Source: an uncultured Solirubrobacterales bacterium (GTDB lineage Bacteria > Actinomycetota > Thermoleophilia > Solirubrobacterales > 70-9). From it: a DNA stretch of 64,000 nt. The notes under the pieces were generated by a model. The model made no database searches and was not told where the DNA came from. It was given only the letters and a program-made list of their open reading frames with translations. The position numbers and the translations under genes were made by a program. Location: positions 210,917-274,916 of the forward strand of contig CAWIOM010000010.1 of NCBI GenBank assembly GCA_963837735.1, written 5' to 3'. Of this stretch, positions 9,370 through 18,722 are shown piece by piece (the stretch's first letter is position 1; every line of letters starts with the position of its first letter).

Positions 9370-9968
9370 ACGGGCGGGCGATCGTCGTTACCGGGGTCGG
9401 CGCGGCGGAGGGGGCCAGGCCGCTGGCCGCGGCGCTCGCCTGCGCGGGGACGGCCCCCGACCGGGCGGCGCTCCTGGTCGAGCTGACCGACGGGCGGCCG
9501 CCGCAGCCGACGTTGGTCGCCTCGGCCGCGGCGCGCGGCCTTGAGGAACGCCTCGCCGCTCACCTGCCGGAGGCGGCGGTGGCTTCTCGGGGGCGGATCT
9601 GCCACCTGGCGCTGCCCGCCGGATCGGAGGGGCTCGAGCGGGCGCCGTCGGCGCTGGCGCTCGTCCGCGACTCGCTCGGCGTCGTCTGCCTGCCGCCGGC
9701 GCTGCTCGGCGGCGCCGTCGCCTCGGGCCGGCTCGCGATCGCCGCCGCGTTGCTTCGCGCCGACCTCGATCGCGACCGCGCCCTGACCGCGCTCGCGGTC
9801 CGCGACCTGATCGGCCGCGGGGTGGCGGTCGCCGTCGCCAAGCGGCCGCTGGCCTGGATGCCCTCGCAGCGGGCGCTGTTCGGCGCCCTTCCGGCGGGGG
9901 CGGCCGGCGGCCTCGGCCCGCGCCTGCTGCGTCGGCTGGCGGTCGCGACCTCGGAGGCGGCGGCGTGA
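9366..9968 (+). CDS. hypothetical protein, weak resemblance to a P-loop-less ParA/CpaE-like fold
   Basis: GTG at 9366 overlaps the upstream stop (GTGA). AIVVTGVGAAEGARPLAAALACAG occupies the position of a deviant Walker A but lacks GK[ST]. The gene lies between Tad-like genes. Confidence 0.45.
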   Translation: MNGRAIVVTGVGAAEGARPLAAALACAGTAPDRAALLVELTDGRPPQPTLVASAAARGLEERLAAHLPEAAVASRGRICHLALPAGSEGLERAPSALALVRDSLGVVCLPPALLGGAVASGRLAIAAALLRADLDRDRALTALAVRDLIGRGVAVAVAKRPLAWMPSQRALFGALPAGAAGGLGPRLLRRLAVATSEAAA

Positions 9969-11321
9969 GCCGCGGGCGGCAGAGCGGCCAGGCGCTGCCG
10001 CTGGCGCTGGGCGGCTGCTTCGTCCTGATCGCCGGTGCCCTGGCCCTGGTCGCGATCGCCGGGGCGGTGACCGGCAAGGGCAGGGTCCAGCGGGCGGCCG
10101 ACCTCGTCGCGATCTCCGCCGCCCGCTCGATGCGCGACGACCTACCCCGCCTGCTGGCGCCGCCGACGCTTCCCAACGGTCTCCCCAATCCCGCTCACAT
10201 GGAGAAGGCGGTCTACCTCTGGCGCGCCCGCGGGGCCGCGTATCTCGCCGCCCGCGCCAACCGGGTCGGGCTCGGGCGGCTGCGGGTGTCGTTCCCGGAC
10301 GTCCTCTCGTTCGCCCCCGTTCGGGCCAGGGCGACCGTGCTCGGCGAATTGACCGCGGGCCGCCGGCCGCCTGTGGTCGCCTCCGCGGTTGCCGAAGCGG
10401 CGGCCCCGGCCGTGTCGCTCGGGGCATTCGGCTCATTGCCGGCGGTGGCGAGCGGCGGCGGTTACTCGGGCGCGCTCGCCTATCGCAACGGCGAGGGAAT
10501 GCGCCCGGACGTCGCCTCCGCCTTCGACCGCATGGCGGCGGCCGCCTCGCGTTCCGGGCTCACCCTGCTCGTCAACTCCGGCTTCCGGTCGGACGCGGAA
10601 CAGGCGAAGCTGTTCGCCGCGCACCCGGACCCGCAATGGGTCGCTCCCCCCGGGCAATCCCTCCACCGCTGCGCCACCGAGCTCGACCTCGGGCCCGAAT
10701 CCGCCTACGGCTGGCTGGCCGCGAACGCCTCCGCCTTCGGCTTCCTCCAGCGCTACTCCTGGGAGCCCTGGCACTTCGGCTTCGACGCCGGGCCGCCGCC
10801 GTGCTCGGACGCCGGCGACACCGTCGGCGTGGCCGCCGGAGGGGGCCGGGGCGGGGAGGACGGAGCGCTGTCGGGAGGCGCGGGGCTGCCGGGGTTCGTC
10901 CCGCCGCGCTTCCGGGCGCCGCTGCTGCGGGCGGCGGCGCACTGGAACATCTCCGCCTCCCTGCTCGCCGCCCAGCTGATGGCCGAGTCGAACTTCAACC
11001 CCTTCGCCACCTCATCGGCCGGCGCCCAGGGCATTGCCCAATTCATTCCCGGGGACGGCAGCCGCCTACGGCCTCGACGACCCCTTCGACCCGGTTGCCG
11101 CGATCGAGGCGCAGGCCCACCTGATGCACGACCTGATCTCCCAGCTCGGCTCGCCCCAGCTCGCCCTCGCCGCCTACAACGCCGGCCCCGCGCCGGTCGA
11201 AGCCTGCGGCTGCGTTCCCTCGATCCCGGAGACGGCGGCCTACGTCAGCCGCATCCTCGGCCTGCTCGGCGGCGCCGGCGCCCTGGCGCTGCCGGCCTTC
11301 GAGGTGCGGCTGGTCTCCTGA
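9965..11321 (+). pseudogene. TadG-like membrane anchor + VanY/M15B D,D-carboxypeptidase + SLT lytic transglycosylase fusion (one frameshift near 11051)
   Basis: TadG-type N-terminus: GQALPLALGG...RVQRAADLVAISAARS. M15B motifs: SGFRSDAEQAKLF, SLHRCATELD, WEPWHF. SLT motifs: MAESNFNP, GAQGIAQFIPG|TAAAYG, ALAAYNAGP. The frame changes at CCCGGGG (11048-11054). The GTGA start overlaps the upstream stop. Confidence 0.75.
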
Positions 11322-11338
11322 TCGGGCGAGCGGCGGTC

Positions 11339-12586
11339 TTACGAAACCGCAGGCCGGCGACGCTGAGGAGCGCTGGGTCGGTCCCGGTGCATGGTGTGGC
11401 GCTTGCGATGGTGGCGCTTGCGATGGTGGTGCCTGCGAATCCTGACGCAGCGCTTCCTGCCGTGGACGGTCTTGCGCTTTGTGCCTTTTCGGCACCTCTT
11501 CCGTTTCGGAGCCGCACTTGGTGGGCGTTGCGCGAGGTCCGCGCATTCGGGCGGCGCCAGCCCGATCGACGTCGACGGGAACAGCCCGGCGTCGATTCCC
11601 GGGGTGAGAGCGCCGGCTGCCACCGTCACCGCAACCGGGTCATTGCCGCAGATGCCTGTGTAATCGCGCTCGCGTGTAGCCGCCCGGCACCGATTCACCG
11701 GTGAAGTAGTGGACGGTGTAGACGCCGGCGGGTACGCGCCTGATCAGGTACCGACCGTCGGCGCCCGACTCCCCACAGGCGCCGATCCTTACCCGGCCGA
11801 GCGTCGTGAAGGTGCAGGCGCCGACCCCGGCCACCGGAGCGTGGGTGACCGCGTCGGTCACCTGGCCGGCGATCCGGCCCCCTTCGATCAGGGTGGCGTT
11901 GACGTTCGGCGTCAACTGTCCCGCCTGCACCCCGACGGAGTCGGCCTGCAGGAGGCCGGGCTCGCCGTCGAAGTACTGGTCGAAGAATTCGAGTTGTTCG
12001 GGCGGCCGGAATTCGACGGCGTAGCCGCCGCCCGCCAGGCCGAGGATCGTGTACTGGCCGGCGCCGCCGGTGGTCGCGCAGACGGTTACCGCATAGAGGC
12101 TCCTCGGTTCCGCACAGACTTCGACTCCAGCGATCGGGCCGCCGCCGGAGTAACCGGTGACGCGACCGCCGATCATGCCGCCTTCGTCGAGCGCGGCGTC
12201 AATCCCGGCGAACTTCGCCGGTCGTGACTTTGACCAGGTTCGCAAGCGAAGGGGTCGGGCTTGCCGTTCCACGCCTGGTAGGCGTAGTTGAGGCCCTCGA
12301 CGGCCGAGAGGAATTCGACCGCGTACCTCGCTTCCGGTAGTTCGCCGATCGAGTAGCTGCCGTCAGCCGCTGAGTGAGCGCAGAATTCGACGACTTCTTC
12401 GAGATGGTTTTCGGACGTCGCGCACACCCGCACCCCGGCGATCGGCACATGAGTGGCGGCGGCGGTGACCGTTCCCGCGATCGAGCCGGTCGTAGCGGCC
12501 GGGGCGGTGCCAGGGGCCGCCAGCATCGCGAGACCCGCGAGCGCGAGCGCGAGCAGAGCCCGGCCTGAGCGCGCGATGTCGCACAC
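11339..12586 (-). pseudogene. secreted CarboxypepD_reg-like repeat protein with Cys-bracketed polybasic C-terminal tail (three frameshifts as sequenced)
   Basis: Signal peptide: RSGRALLALALAGLAMLAAPGTAPA. Repeats look like GSIAGTVT..PIAGVRVCA...DGSYSIGELP..YAVEF. The pieces lie in ORFs 12173-12586, 11640-12272 and 11339-11698. The tail is KRKRCRKGTKRKTVHGRKRCVRIRRHHHRKRHHRKRH. Confidence 0.65.
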
Positions 12587-12587
12587 C

Positions 12588-13725
12588 TCAGCCCCGCCGC
12601 TTCCTGTGGATCTTCACGCAGCGCTGCTTGCCCCGCACCCTCTTCTTCCTGAAGCCGCGGCGGCAGTGCAGGCGCCTCTTCTGCCGACGCACCTGCGGCG
12701 GCAGCACCGGCACCACGGGGGGCGGCACCGCGGTCGAGGGATTCGACTGGAACAGGCGGGCGCCGATGCCGGTGACGGCGCCGGGCGCGAGGAGGTCGAT
12801 CGTGCTCGCCGCGGCGAGGCTCGTCTGTTCGTCGTAGTAGCGGGTCTGGAAGCCGTCGTTTTCGCCGAGGAAGAGCTCTTCGCCGAAGAATTCGCGGCCC
12901 AATTCGACCGAGAAGCCGATCTTGTAGGAGCCGGAGGCGAGCGGGCCGACGGAGTACTGGCCGAAGACGCCGGTTTCATCGCAGGCCTCCGGTTCGAGGC
13001 CGAGCGCTTCGACTGCGCAGACGAGGATTTCCTGCAGCGGCTCACCTGTGTTCGCTCGCACCGTTCCCTGCACCCGACCACCGGCTTCCAGGGAGGCGTC
13101 GACCCCGGAGTGGACGGCGCCCAGCGTCGCGGAGACCGCCTCCGCTTCCGGGCCGTGCCGCTTGTGGTCGAAGTACTGGGTCGCGAAGCTGCCGGTGGCC
13201 TGAAATTCGACCCGGAAGCTGCCGGGAGTCGCGAACCTGATCGCGTAGCGACCGTCTTCGCCGGTCCAATTGCAAAGGCCTTTTTCGGCGTCGGGCAGAC
13301 GCCAGGCGCAGACCCGGTCTTCCTGGGCCGGCGGTCCGCCGGCGGTGACCGTGCCGGCGATCACCGCCGCCGGTGTCAGCTCGCCGTCGACACCGCTGAC
13401 CGGGCCGCCGGCGATGGTGACCCGTTCTTCCCGGTACTGACCGAAGTAAGGCAGCTCGCCGGGCCGGAACTCAATTTCGTATTCGCCGTCCTCGAGTGCT
13501 TCGATCGAGTAGGCGCCGCCCGTGCCGGTTTCGTCGCAGCTCTGTTCGCGTTCGCCTTCGCCTTCTTCGCTTTCGACAAAACGGGAAGCGCAGACCTCTG
13601 CGCCTTCGAGGCCGAGGTGGGTATCGGCGCCGATCACGTTGCCGGCGATCGAGCCGGGCGCCGCCGCCGGCGCCGCAGACCGGTGCCAGAAGCGCGCAGA
13701 ACGCCGAGGCGACTGCGGCCACCAA
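12588..13725 (-). pseudogene. secreted CarboxypepD_reg-like repeat protein with Cys-bracketed polybasic C-terminal tail (frameshift in the signal-peptide region; start uncertain)
   Basis: ORF 12588-13637 contains three CarboxypepD_reg-like repeats and the tail QKRRLHCRRGFRKKRVRGKQRCVKIHRKRRG. The hydrophobic leader WLVAAVASAFCALLAPVCGAGG lies in another frame upstream (about 13660-13725). Confidence 0.6.
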
Positions 13726-13803
13726 CCAGCTCTTCCCCCACCTGTATGGCCCCTGAGAGGTCAGGTGGCGGAGGATAGAGCTCCTCCGGCTAGACTGGCG
13801 CCG

Positions 13804-14277
13804 ATGGCAACCGTCGAGGTAGAGGGCGTCGAGGGGATGCAGGGGCTGCTCGGGCAGACGATCGGCCCGAGCGAGTGGCGCACCGTCAGCCAGGCGGACA
13901 TCGACACCTTTGCCGAGCTCTCCGGCGACGACCAGTGGATCCACGTCGACGTCGAGCGGGCCAAGAGCGAGAGCCCCTTCGGCACGACGATCGCCCACGG
14001 CAACCTCACCCTCTCGCTGGTCGACGGCTTCCGCAAGGAGCTGATCTCCTCGACCGGGTTCGCGCTCGGGGTCAACTACGGCTGGAACAAGATCCGCTTC
14101 CCGGCCCCGGTGCCGGTCGACGGCAGGGTCCGGGGCAGCGCCGAGGTCGTCTCGATCGACGAGAAGGGCGGCGGTTGGTATGAGGTCGTCACCCGCTTCA
14201 CCCTCGAGGTCGAGGGCAACGAGAAGCCCTGCTTCGTCGGCGACTCGGTCACCCGGGTGATGGCGCCCGGCGACTGA
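13804..14277 (+). CDS. MaoC-like (R)-specific enoyl-CoA hydratase/dehydratase
   Basis: ATG at 13804. Hot-dog/MaoC signatures: FAELSGDDQWIHVDVERAKSESPFGTTIAHGNLTLSL. Confidence 0.8.
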   Translation: MATVEVEGVEGMQGLLGQTIGPSEWRTVSQADIDTFAELSGDDQWIHVDVERAKSESPFGTTIAHGNLTLSLVDGFRKELISSTGFALGVNYGWNKIRFPAPVPVDGRVRGSAEVVSIDEKGGGWYEVVTRFTLEVEGNEKPCFVGDSVTRVMAPGD

Positions 14278-14299
14278 CGGCAGGCCGGTCGACCCGGGC

Positions 14300-15556
14300 A
14301 TGGGCGATGTCCTGAGCACGATCGGAGAAGGCTTCAAGCAGTCGTTCCTGATGGCGTATGAGGTCTGGTGGGCGCTGGTCCTGGGCTTTGCGATCTCGGC
14401 GATCGTGCAGGCGTGGGTGCCGCGGGAGCGGATCGAGGGGGCGCTCTCGGGCAGCGGTCCCGGCCCGCTCGCCAAGGCCACCGGGCTGGGCGCCGCTTCC
14501 TCCTCGTGCTCCTACGCCGCGATCGCGATCGCCAAGTCCCTCTTCCAGAAGGGCGCCTCGGCGGCGACGGCGCTCGCCTTCCAGTTCGCCTCGACCAATC
14601 TGGTCTGGGAGCTCGGCCTGGTGCTCTGGGTCCTGCTCGGCTGGCAGTTCACGCTCGCCGAGTACCTGGGCGGGATCGCGATGATCGTGCTGATGGCGCT
14701 GATGCTGCGCCTCTTCGTCTCACCCGAGCTCGAGCGGCGGGCGCGCAAGCACGCCCAGGACGCCCAGGCGGGCCACCAGCACCACACCGCGGGCGAGCGC
14801 ACGAGCTGGCGGCAGCGACTGACCTCGGCCTCCTCGTGGTCCGACGTCGCCCACAACTTCCGCGGCGACTGGCAGATGCTCTACAAGGAGATCGCGATCG
14901 GCTTCCTGCTCGCCGGCTTCATCGGACTGCTCGGCAACGACTTCTTCAACGTCCTCTTCATCGAGGACGCGCCGCCGCTGTTGAGGACGATCGAGAACGT
15001 CCTCGTCGGGCCGCTCATCGCCGTGCTCAGCTTCGTCTGCTCGGTGGGCAACGTGCCGCTCGCCGCCGTGCTCTGGTCGGGCGGGATCAGCTTCGCCGGC
15101 GTCATGGCCTTCATCTTCGCCGACCTGATCGTCCTGCCGATCATCCTCGCCTACCGCAAGTACTACGGCTGGGCCTTCGCCCTGCGGATAACCGCGCTGA
15201 TGTTCGTGACGATGGTGATCGCGGCGCTGCTCGTCGACGGCCTCTTCGGCGTCGCCGGCCTGATCCCGACCGCGCGCCCGACACGCGGCGAGATCTTCGC
15301 CTCCGTGCAGGTCGACTACAAGCTCTTCCTCAACATCCTCGGGCTCGCCGTCTTCGCGGCGCTGTTCTGGGTCACCATGCGCCGCGGGACCACCGATCCG
15401 GTCTGCGGGATGAAGGTCGACAGGGCGAAGGCGGTCCGCCGGGACTTTGACGGCGAGACCTTCTATTTCTGCTCCGAGCACTGCCTGCATGCCTACGAGG
15501 CCGACCGTCGGGTCGAGGTCGACGAAGGCCGTGCTTCGTCGGCGACTCAGGCCTGA
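14300..15556 (+). CDS. UPF0718/ArsP-like permease with C-terminal YHS (TRASH-like) metal-binding domain
   Basis: Multi-TM 418-aa ORF. The C-terminus DPVCGMKVDRAKAVRRDFDGETFYFCSEHCLHAYE is a YHS motif. Confidence 0.8.
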   Translation: MGDVLSTIGEGFKQSFLMAYEVWWALVLGFAISAIVQAWVPRERIEGALSGSGPGPLAKATGLGAASSSCSYAAIAIAKSLFQKGASAATALAFQFASTNLVWELGLVLWVLLGWQFTLAEYLGGIAMIVLMALMLRLFVSPELERRARKHAQDAQAGHQHHTAGERTSWRQRLTSASSWSDVAHNFRGDWQMLYKEIAIGFLLAGFIGLLGNDFFNVLFIEDAPPLLRTIENVLVGPLIAVLSFVCSVGNVPLAAVLWSGGISFAGVMAFIFADLIVLPIILAYRKYYGWAFALRITALMFVTMVIAALLVDGLFGVAGLIPTARPTRGEIFASVQVDYKLFLNILGLAVFAALFWVTMRRGTTDPVCGMKVDRAKAVRRDFDGETFYFCSEHCLHAYEADRRVEVDEGRASSATQA

Positions 15557-16263
15557 CGGACTTCGACCAGCATCGCCAGCGCCACCGCCAGGGTCTCCCC
15601 GTCGGCCGAGAGCACCGCGGCGCCGGCATGGTGCTTGCGGCCTTCGCTGCCGATCGGCCAGGCGACGACGACGTGCTCCTCACCGGCGTGGATCGGCGTT
15701 CTGACCTCGGCGCTATGGCGGACCAGCATGCTGAGCGGCAGATCCTCGCCGGAGTGGACGGCGAAGTAGGTCGGGCAGTCGAGGACCGCCCAGGCGAACT
15801 CCGGCCTCACCGCGCCGGATCCGTCGGCGGCCCACTGCGGCGGCGTCCAGGGCGAGGCGACCAGCTCGCGACCGGCGACGGGGCCGGCGAAGACCTCGAA
15901 GCTGCCCTCGCGGGCCGGCCCGCAGACGAAGCACCTGCTGAACAGGCCCTCACGCGGTGCCGCGTAGTGCTCGGACGCCTGCCGCGCTTCCTCGACGCCG
16001 ACCGGTGCCGGGACCTCGGCGTCCACGGTGTCGATCGCTTGCGCCTCGGCAATCAGCGTCTCCCCGTGGAGGATGCGCAGCGCGCCGGCGCCGGCCCTGT
16101 CGACCTCGAGCTCGGTGTCCAGCGGCACCGGGCTCCTCAGGCTGACATCGGCGACGCCGCCGAGGTGGGCGGCGATCACACCGGCGCTGTAGCCGCCGTT
16201 TCCGCTCTCCAGCGGCCCGTTGAAGCGGCCCGGGATCGTGATCGTGTCGGTCAGGGTGCTCAT
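15547..16263 (-). CDS. hot-dog fold thioesterase (PaaI-like)
   Basis: 238-aa ORF with CFVCG and a C-terminal hot-dog-like region. Confidence 0.6.
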   Translation of the reverse strand: MSTLTDTITIPGRFNGPLESGNGGYSAGVIAAHLGGVADVSLRSPVPLDTELEVDRAGAGALRILHGETLIAEAQAIDTVDAEVPAPVGVEEARQASEHYAAPREGLFSRCFVCGPAREGSFEVFAGPVAGRELVASPWTPPQWAADGSGAVRPEFAWAVLDCPTYFAVHSGEDLPLSMLVRHSAEVRTPIHAGEEHVVVAWPIGSEGRKHHAGAAVLSADGETLAVALAMLVEVRQA

Positions 16264-16318
16264 CTGGTTTCCACCTTTCGTTGACTATCTCCTTGACGAT
16301 CGACTTGACGCCCCGGAG

Positions 16319-16997
16319 TCACGTCGCCACCGCCTGCCCGACGACCAGCGGCTTGACCAGCGCCGGCATGCCGCGCCAGCGCGCGCCGGCGACCGTCTCG
16401 ACTCGCATCCGGGCGCCGATCGTCTCCAGGGTGGGCCGGTCGCACCGGCAGCCGTCGGCGAACGCCGCCCAGGGCCCGGCGAGCCGCTCCTGCCAGCGCC
16501 GCAGTCGCGGCGAGTCGGCGCGGACGTGCTCGCAGAACAGGAGGCGACCGCCGGGACGCAGGACCCGGCTCACCTCGGCCACGGCCCGCTCCGCGTCCGC
16601 CACGGTGCAGAGCACCATCGTCGAGACGACCGTGTCGAACGAGTCCTCCGCGAAGGGAAGCTCCTCGGCCGGCGCCCTCACCGTGCTGACCGGCGCCTCG
16701 CCGGGAAAGCGTGAGGCATCGATCCGGGCGGCCATCCCGGCCGCCGGCTCGACCAGGACCAGCTCCTCGATCGACCTCGGGTAGTGACGAAGGTTGAGGC
16801 CGGTGCCGGCGCCGATCTCCAGCACCCGCCCTCGGGACTCGGCGAGCAGCTCGGCGGCGGCGCTCGGCCATGCCCAGCTTCTCCCCGGCCCACAGGAACG
16901 GGTCGTAGACGGTCGCGCCAAAGGCGCTGTCGGGGATCGACTCGACATCGATTTGGAGGGGGGGCGGATTCGGGTGCGTCTGGACGGCCTGGGGCAT
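16319..16997 (-). pseudogene. class I SAM-dependent methyltransferase (one frameshift near 16860)
   Basis: The N-terminus MPQAVQ...YDPFLWAGEKLGMAERRR is in one frame. ELLAESRGRVLEIGAGTGLNL...LRPGGRLLFCEHV is in another. Confidence 0.7.
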
Positions 16998-17119
16998 GAC
17001 AGCTCCTTCGTTGGATGTGCGCCATCCATACTGGCCCCGCGCCGAGCCGCCCGGCTTCGCCTCTTCCGGCCAACTCGAGTGGCCGGAATCGGCCATCCGC
17101 CGGGCTACCCTGTGCGGCG

Positions 17120-18179
17120 ATGGACGAGCAATCGATCCGCTTCACCACGGTGGGTGGTCGCCGTGTCGCCTGGGCGACCGTCGGCGAGGGTCCACCGCTG
17201 GTCATCGGTGGCTGGTGGATGAGCCACCTCGAGTTGAACTGGAACGACCCCACCTTTCACGCCTTCATCGAGGCCCTCGCGAGGCAGCGGACCGTGATCC
17301 GCTACGACTCGCCCGGCCTCGGTGTCTCCGACTCCGAGGAGGCGCCGCTCGGCCTCAGTGAGGAGGCGGCGGTGCTCGCCGGCGTGATCGAGGCCTCGGG
17401 GGCTGAAGAGGTCGACCTGTTTGCCGGCTCGGCCGGAGGGCCGGTGGCCGTCGCCTACGCGGCGGCCTGCCCCGGTCGGATCCGGCGCGCTCGTCCTCTA
17501 CGGCACCTATGCGAAGGGGTCGGAGATCGCCGAGAAGGCCGCGCGGGAGTCGATTCTCGCCGCGGTCCGCCGTCACTGGGGCCTGGGGTCCCGGATCCTC
17601 GCCGACATCTTCATGCCCGCAGCGACCGCCGACCAGCGCGAGGAGTTCATCTCCTTCCAGCGGCAGGCGGCAACGGCCGCGCGGGCGGCGCAATCGCTGG
17701 AAGCCGCCTACCGGTTCGACGTCGCCGATCGGACCGGCTCGATCGCCGCGCCGGTCCGCGTTCTGCACCGGCGCGAGGATCGTGCGATCCCGTTCCGGCT
17801 CGGGCAGGACCTGGCCGCACGCCTTCCGGACGCGACCTTCCTGGGCCTGCGCGGCGCCGACCACTTTCCCTGGCTGGGCGACCTCGCCGAAACGGCGCGG
17901 GCGATCCTCGAGGGGATCGGGGTGGACCGCTCCGAGATCGACCTCCCGCCCGCCCGCCGGCCCGAGCAGACGGGAAGCGACGCCGATGCCGATCTATCCG
18001 AGCGCGAGCTGGAGGTTCTGCGACTGGTCGCGGCCGGGCTCAGCGACCGCGAGATCGCCGAGCGCCTGGTGCTCAGCCCGCACACCGTCCACCGCCATGT
18101 CGCCAACATCCGCACCAAGCTTCGGCTGCCGTCGCGGACCGCGGCTGCGGCATATGCGACCCGCGTCGGCCTGCTCTGA
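17120..18179 (+). pseudogene. alpha/beta-hydrolase domain fused to LuxR-type HTH regulator (one frameshift near 17480)
   Basis: N-terminal hydrolase-like part: [29 protein letters not shown]. After a frame change comes ALVLYGTYA... The C-terminus [43 protein letters not shown] is a LuxR HTH. Confidence 0.75.
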
Positions 18180-18182
18180 CCC

Positions 18183-18629
18183 CTATTCGACGGTCAGCGT
18201 GCCTTCCATGCCGGCTTCGCGGTGACCCGGGACCGTGCAGTAGAAGGTGTATTCGCCCGGTTTGAGGTCGCCGATCGTCGCCGTGGCTGTGCCGTCGGCG
18301 ACCAGGTCGGTGGCGCCGACCTCTTCGCCGCTGGAGTTTTCGACCGCGACGTCGTGGCTGAGGCTCTGCGGGTTGCTGAATTCGATCGAGACCTGCCCCG
18401 CCTTCGCCGTTGCGTCCTTCTGCACGAAGGCGAGGTCGCTGCCTTCGACGGCTTCGATCTTGACGACCGAGCCGCTCGCTTCGCTGCCGGCTTCGCCGGC
18501 GCCGGCGCCGGCGGATTCGGCGGTCGTTTCAGTCGTCGCGGCGGTCGAGTCGCTGCCGCTGTCGCTTCCGCAGGCGACGAGCGCGACGGCTGCCAGGACG
18601 ACTAGGAGGAGAGCGGCGACCTTCTTCAT
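18183..18629 (-). CDS. cupredoxin (plastocyanin/azurin-like) lipoprotein
   Basis: MKKVAALLLVVLAAVALVACGS contains a lipobox. Type-1 copper ligand pattern: SHDV...YCTVPGHREAGM. Confidence 0.8.
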   Translation of the reverse strand: MKKVAALLLVVLAAVALVACGSDSGSDSTAATTETTAESAGAGAGEAGSEASGSVVKIEAVEGSDLAFVQKDATAKAGQVSIEFSNPQSLSHDVAVENSSGEEVGATDLVADGTATATIGDLKPGEYTFYCTVPGHREAGMEGTLTVE

Positions 18630-18722
18630 GCGGGGGTCCTTTCCTGGGGGAGGAGCTGGGAAGACTCTATTGCGGATACGAATGGCCGGGGAGGCGGGTT
18701 CACCCGCTCCGGGCACGACTCG

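Noticed and set aside
9138-10436. 432-aa minus-strand ORF across the Tad-like operon.
   Set aside because: It is an extremely Arg/Pro-rich shadow of the plus-strand genes, which carry recognisable TadE, VanY and SLT motifs.
11397-11440. Tandem 15-bp repeat (TGGCGCTTGCGATGG twice, plus a degenerate third copy), considered as a mini-array or CRISPR-like element.
   Set aside because: It lies inside the coding tail on the minus strand and encodes the HHRKR-HHRKR duplication. It has no spacers and no further repeats.
12453-13778. 441-aa plus-strand ORF across the CarboxypepD_reg locus.
   Set aside because: It is an antisense shadow. The minus strand carries signal peptides, repeat domains and the conserved tails.
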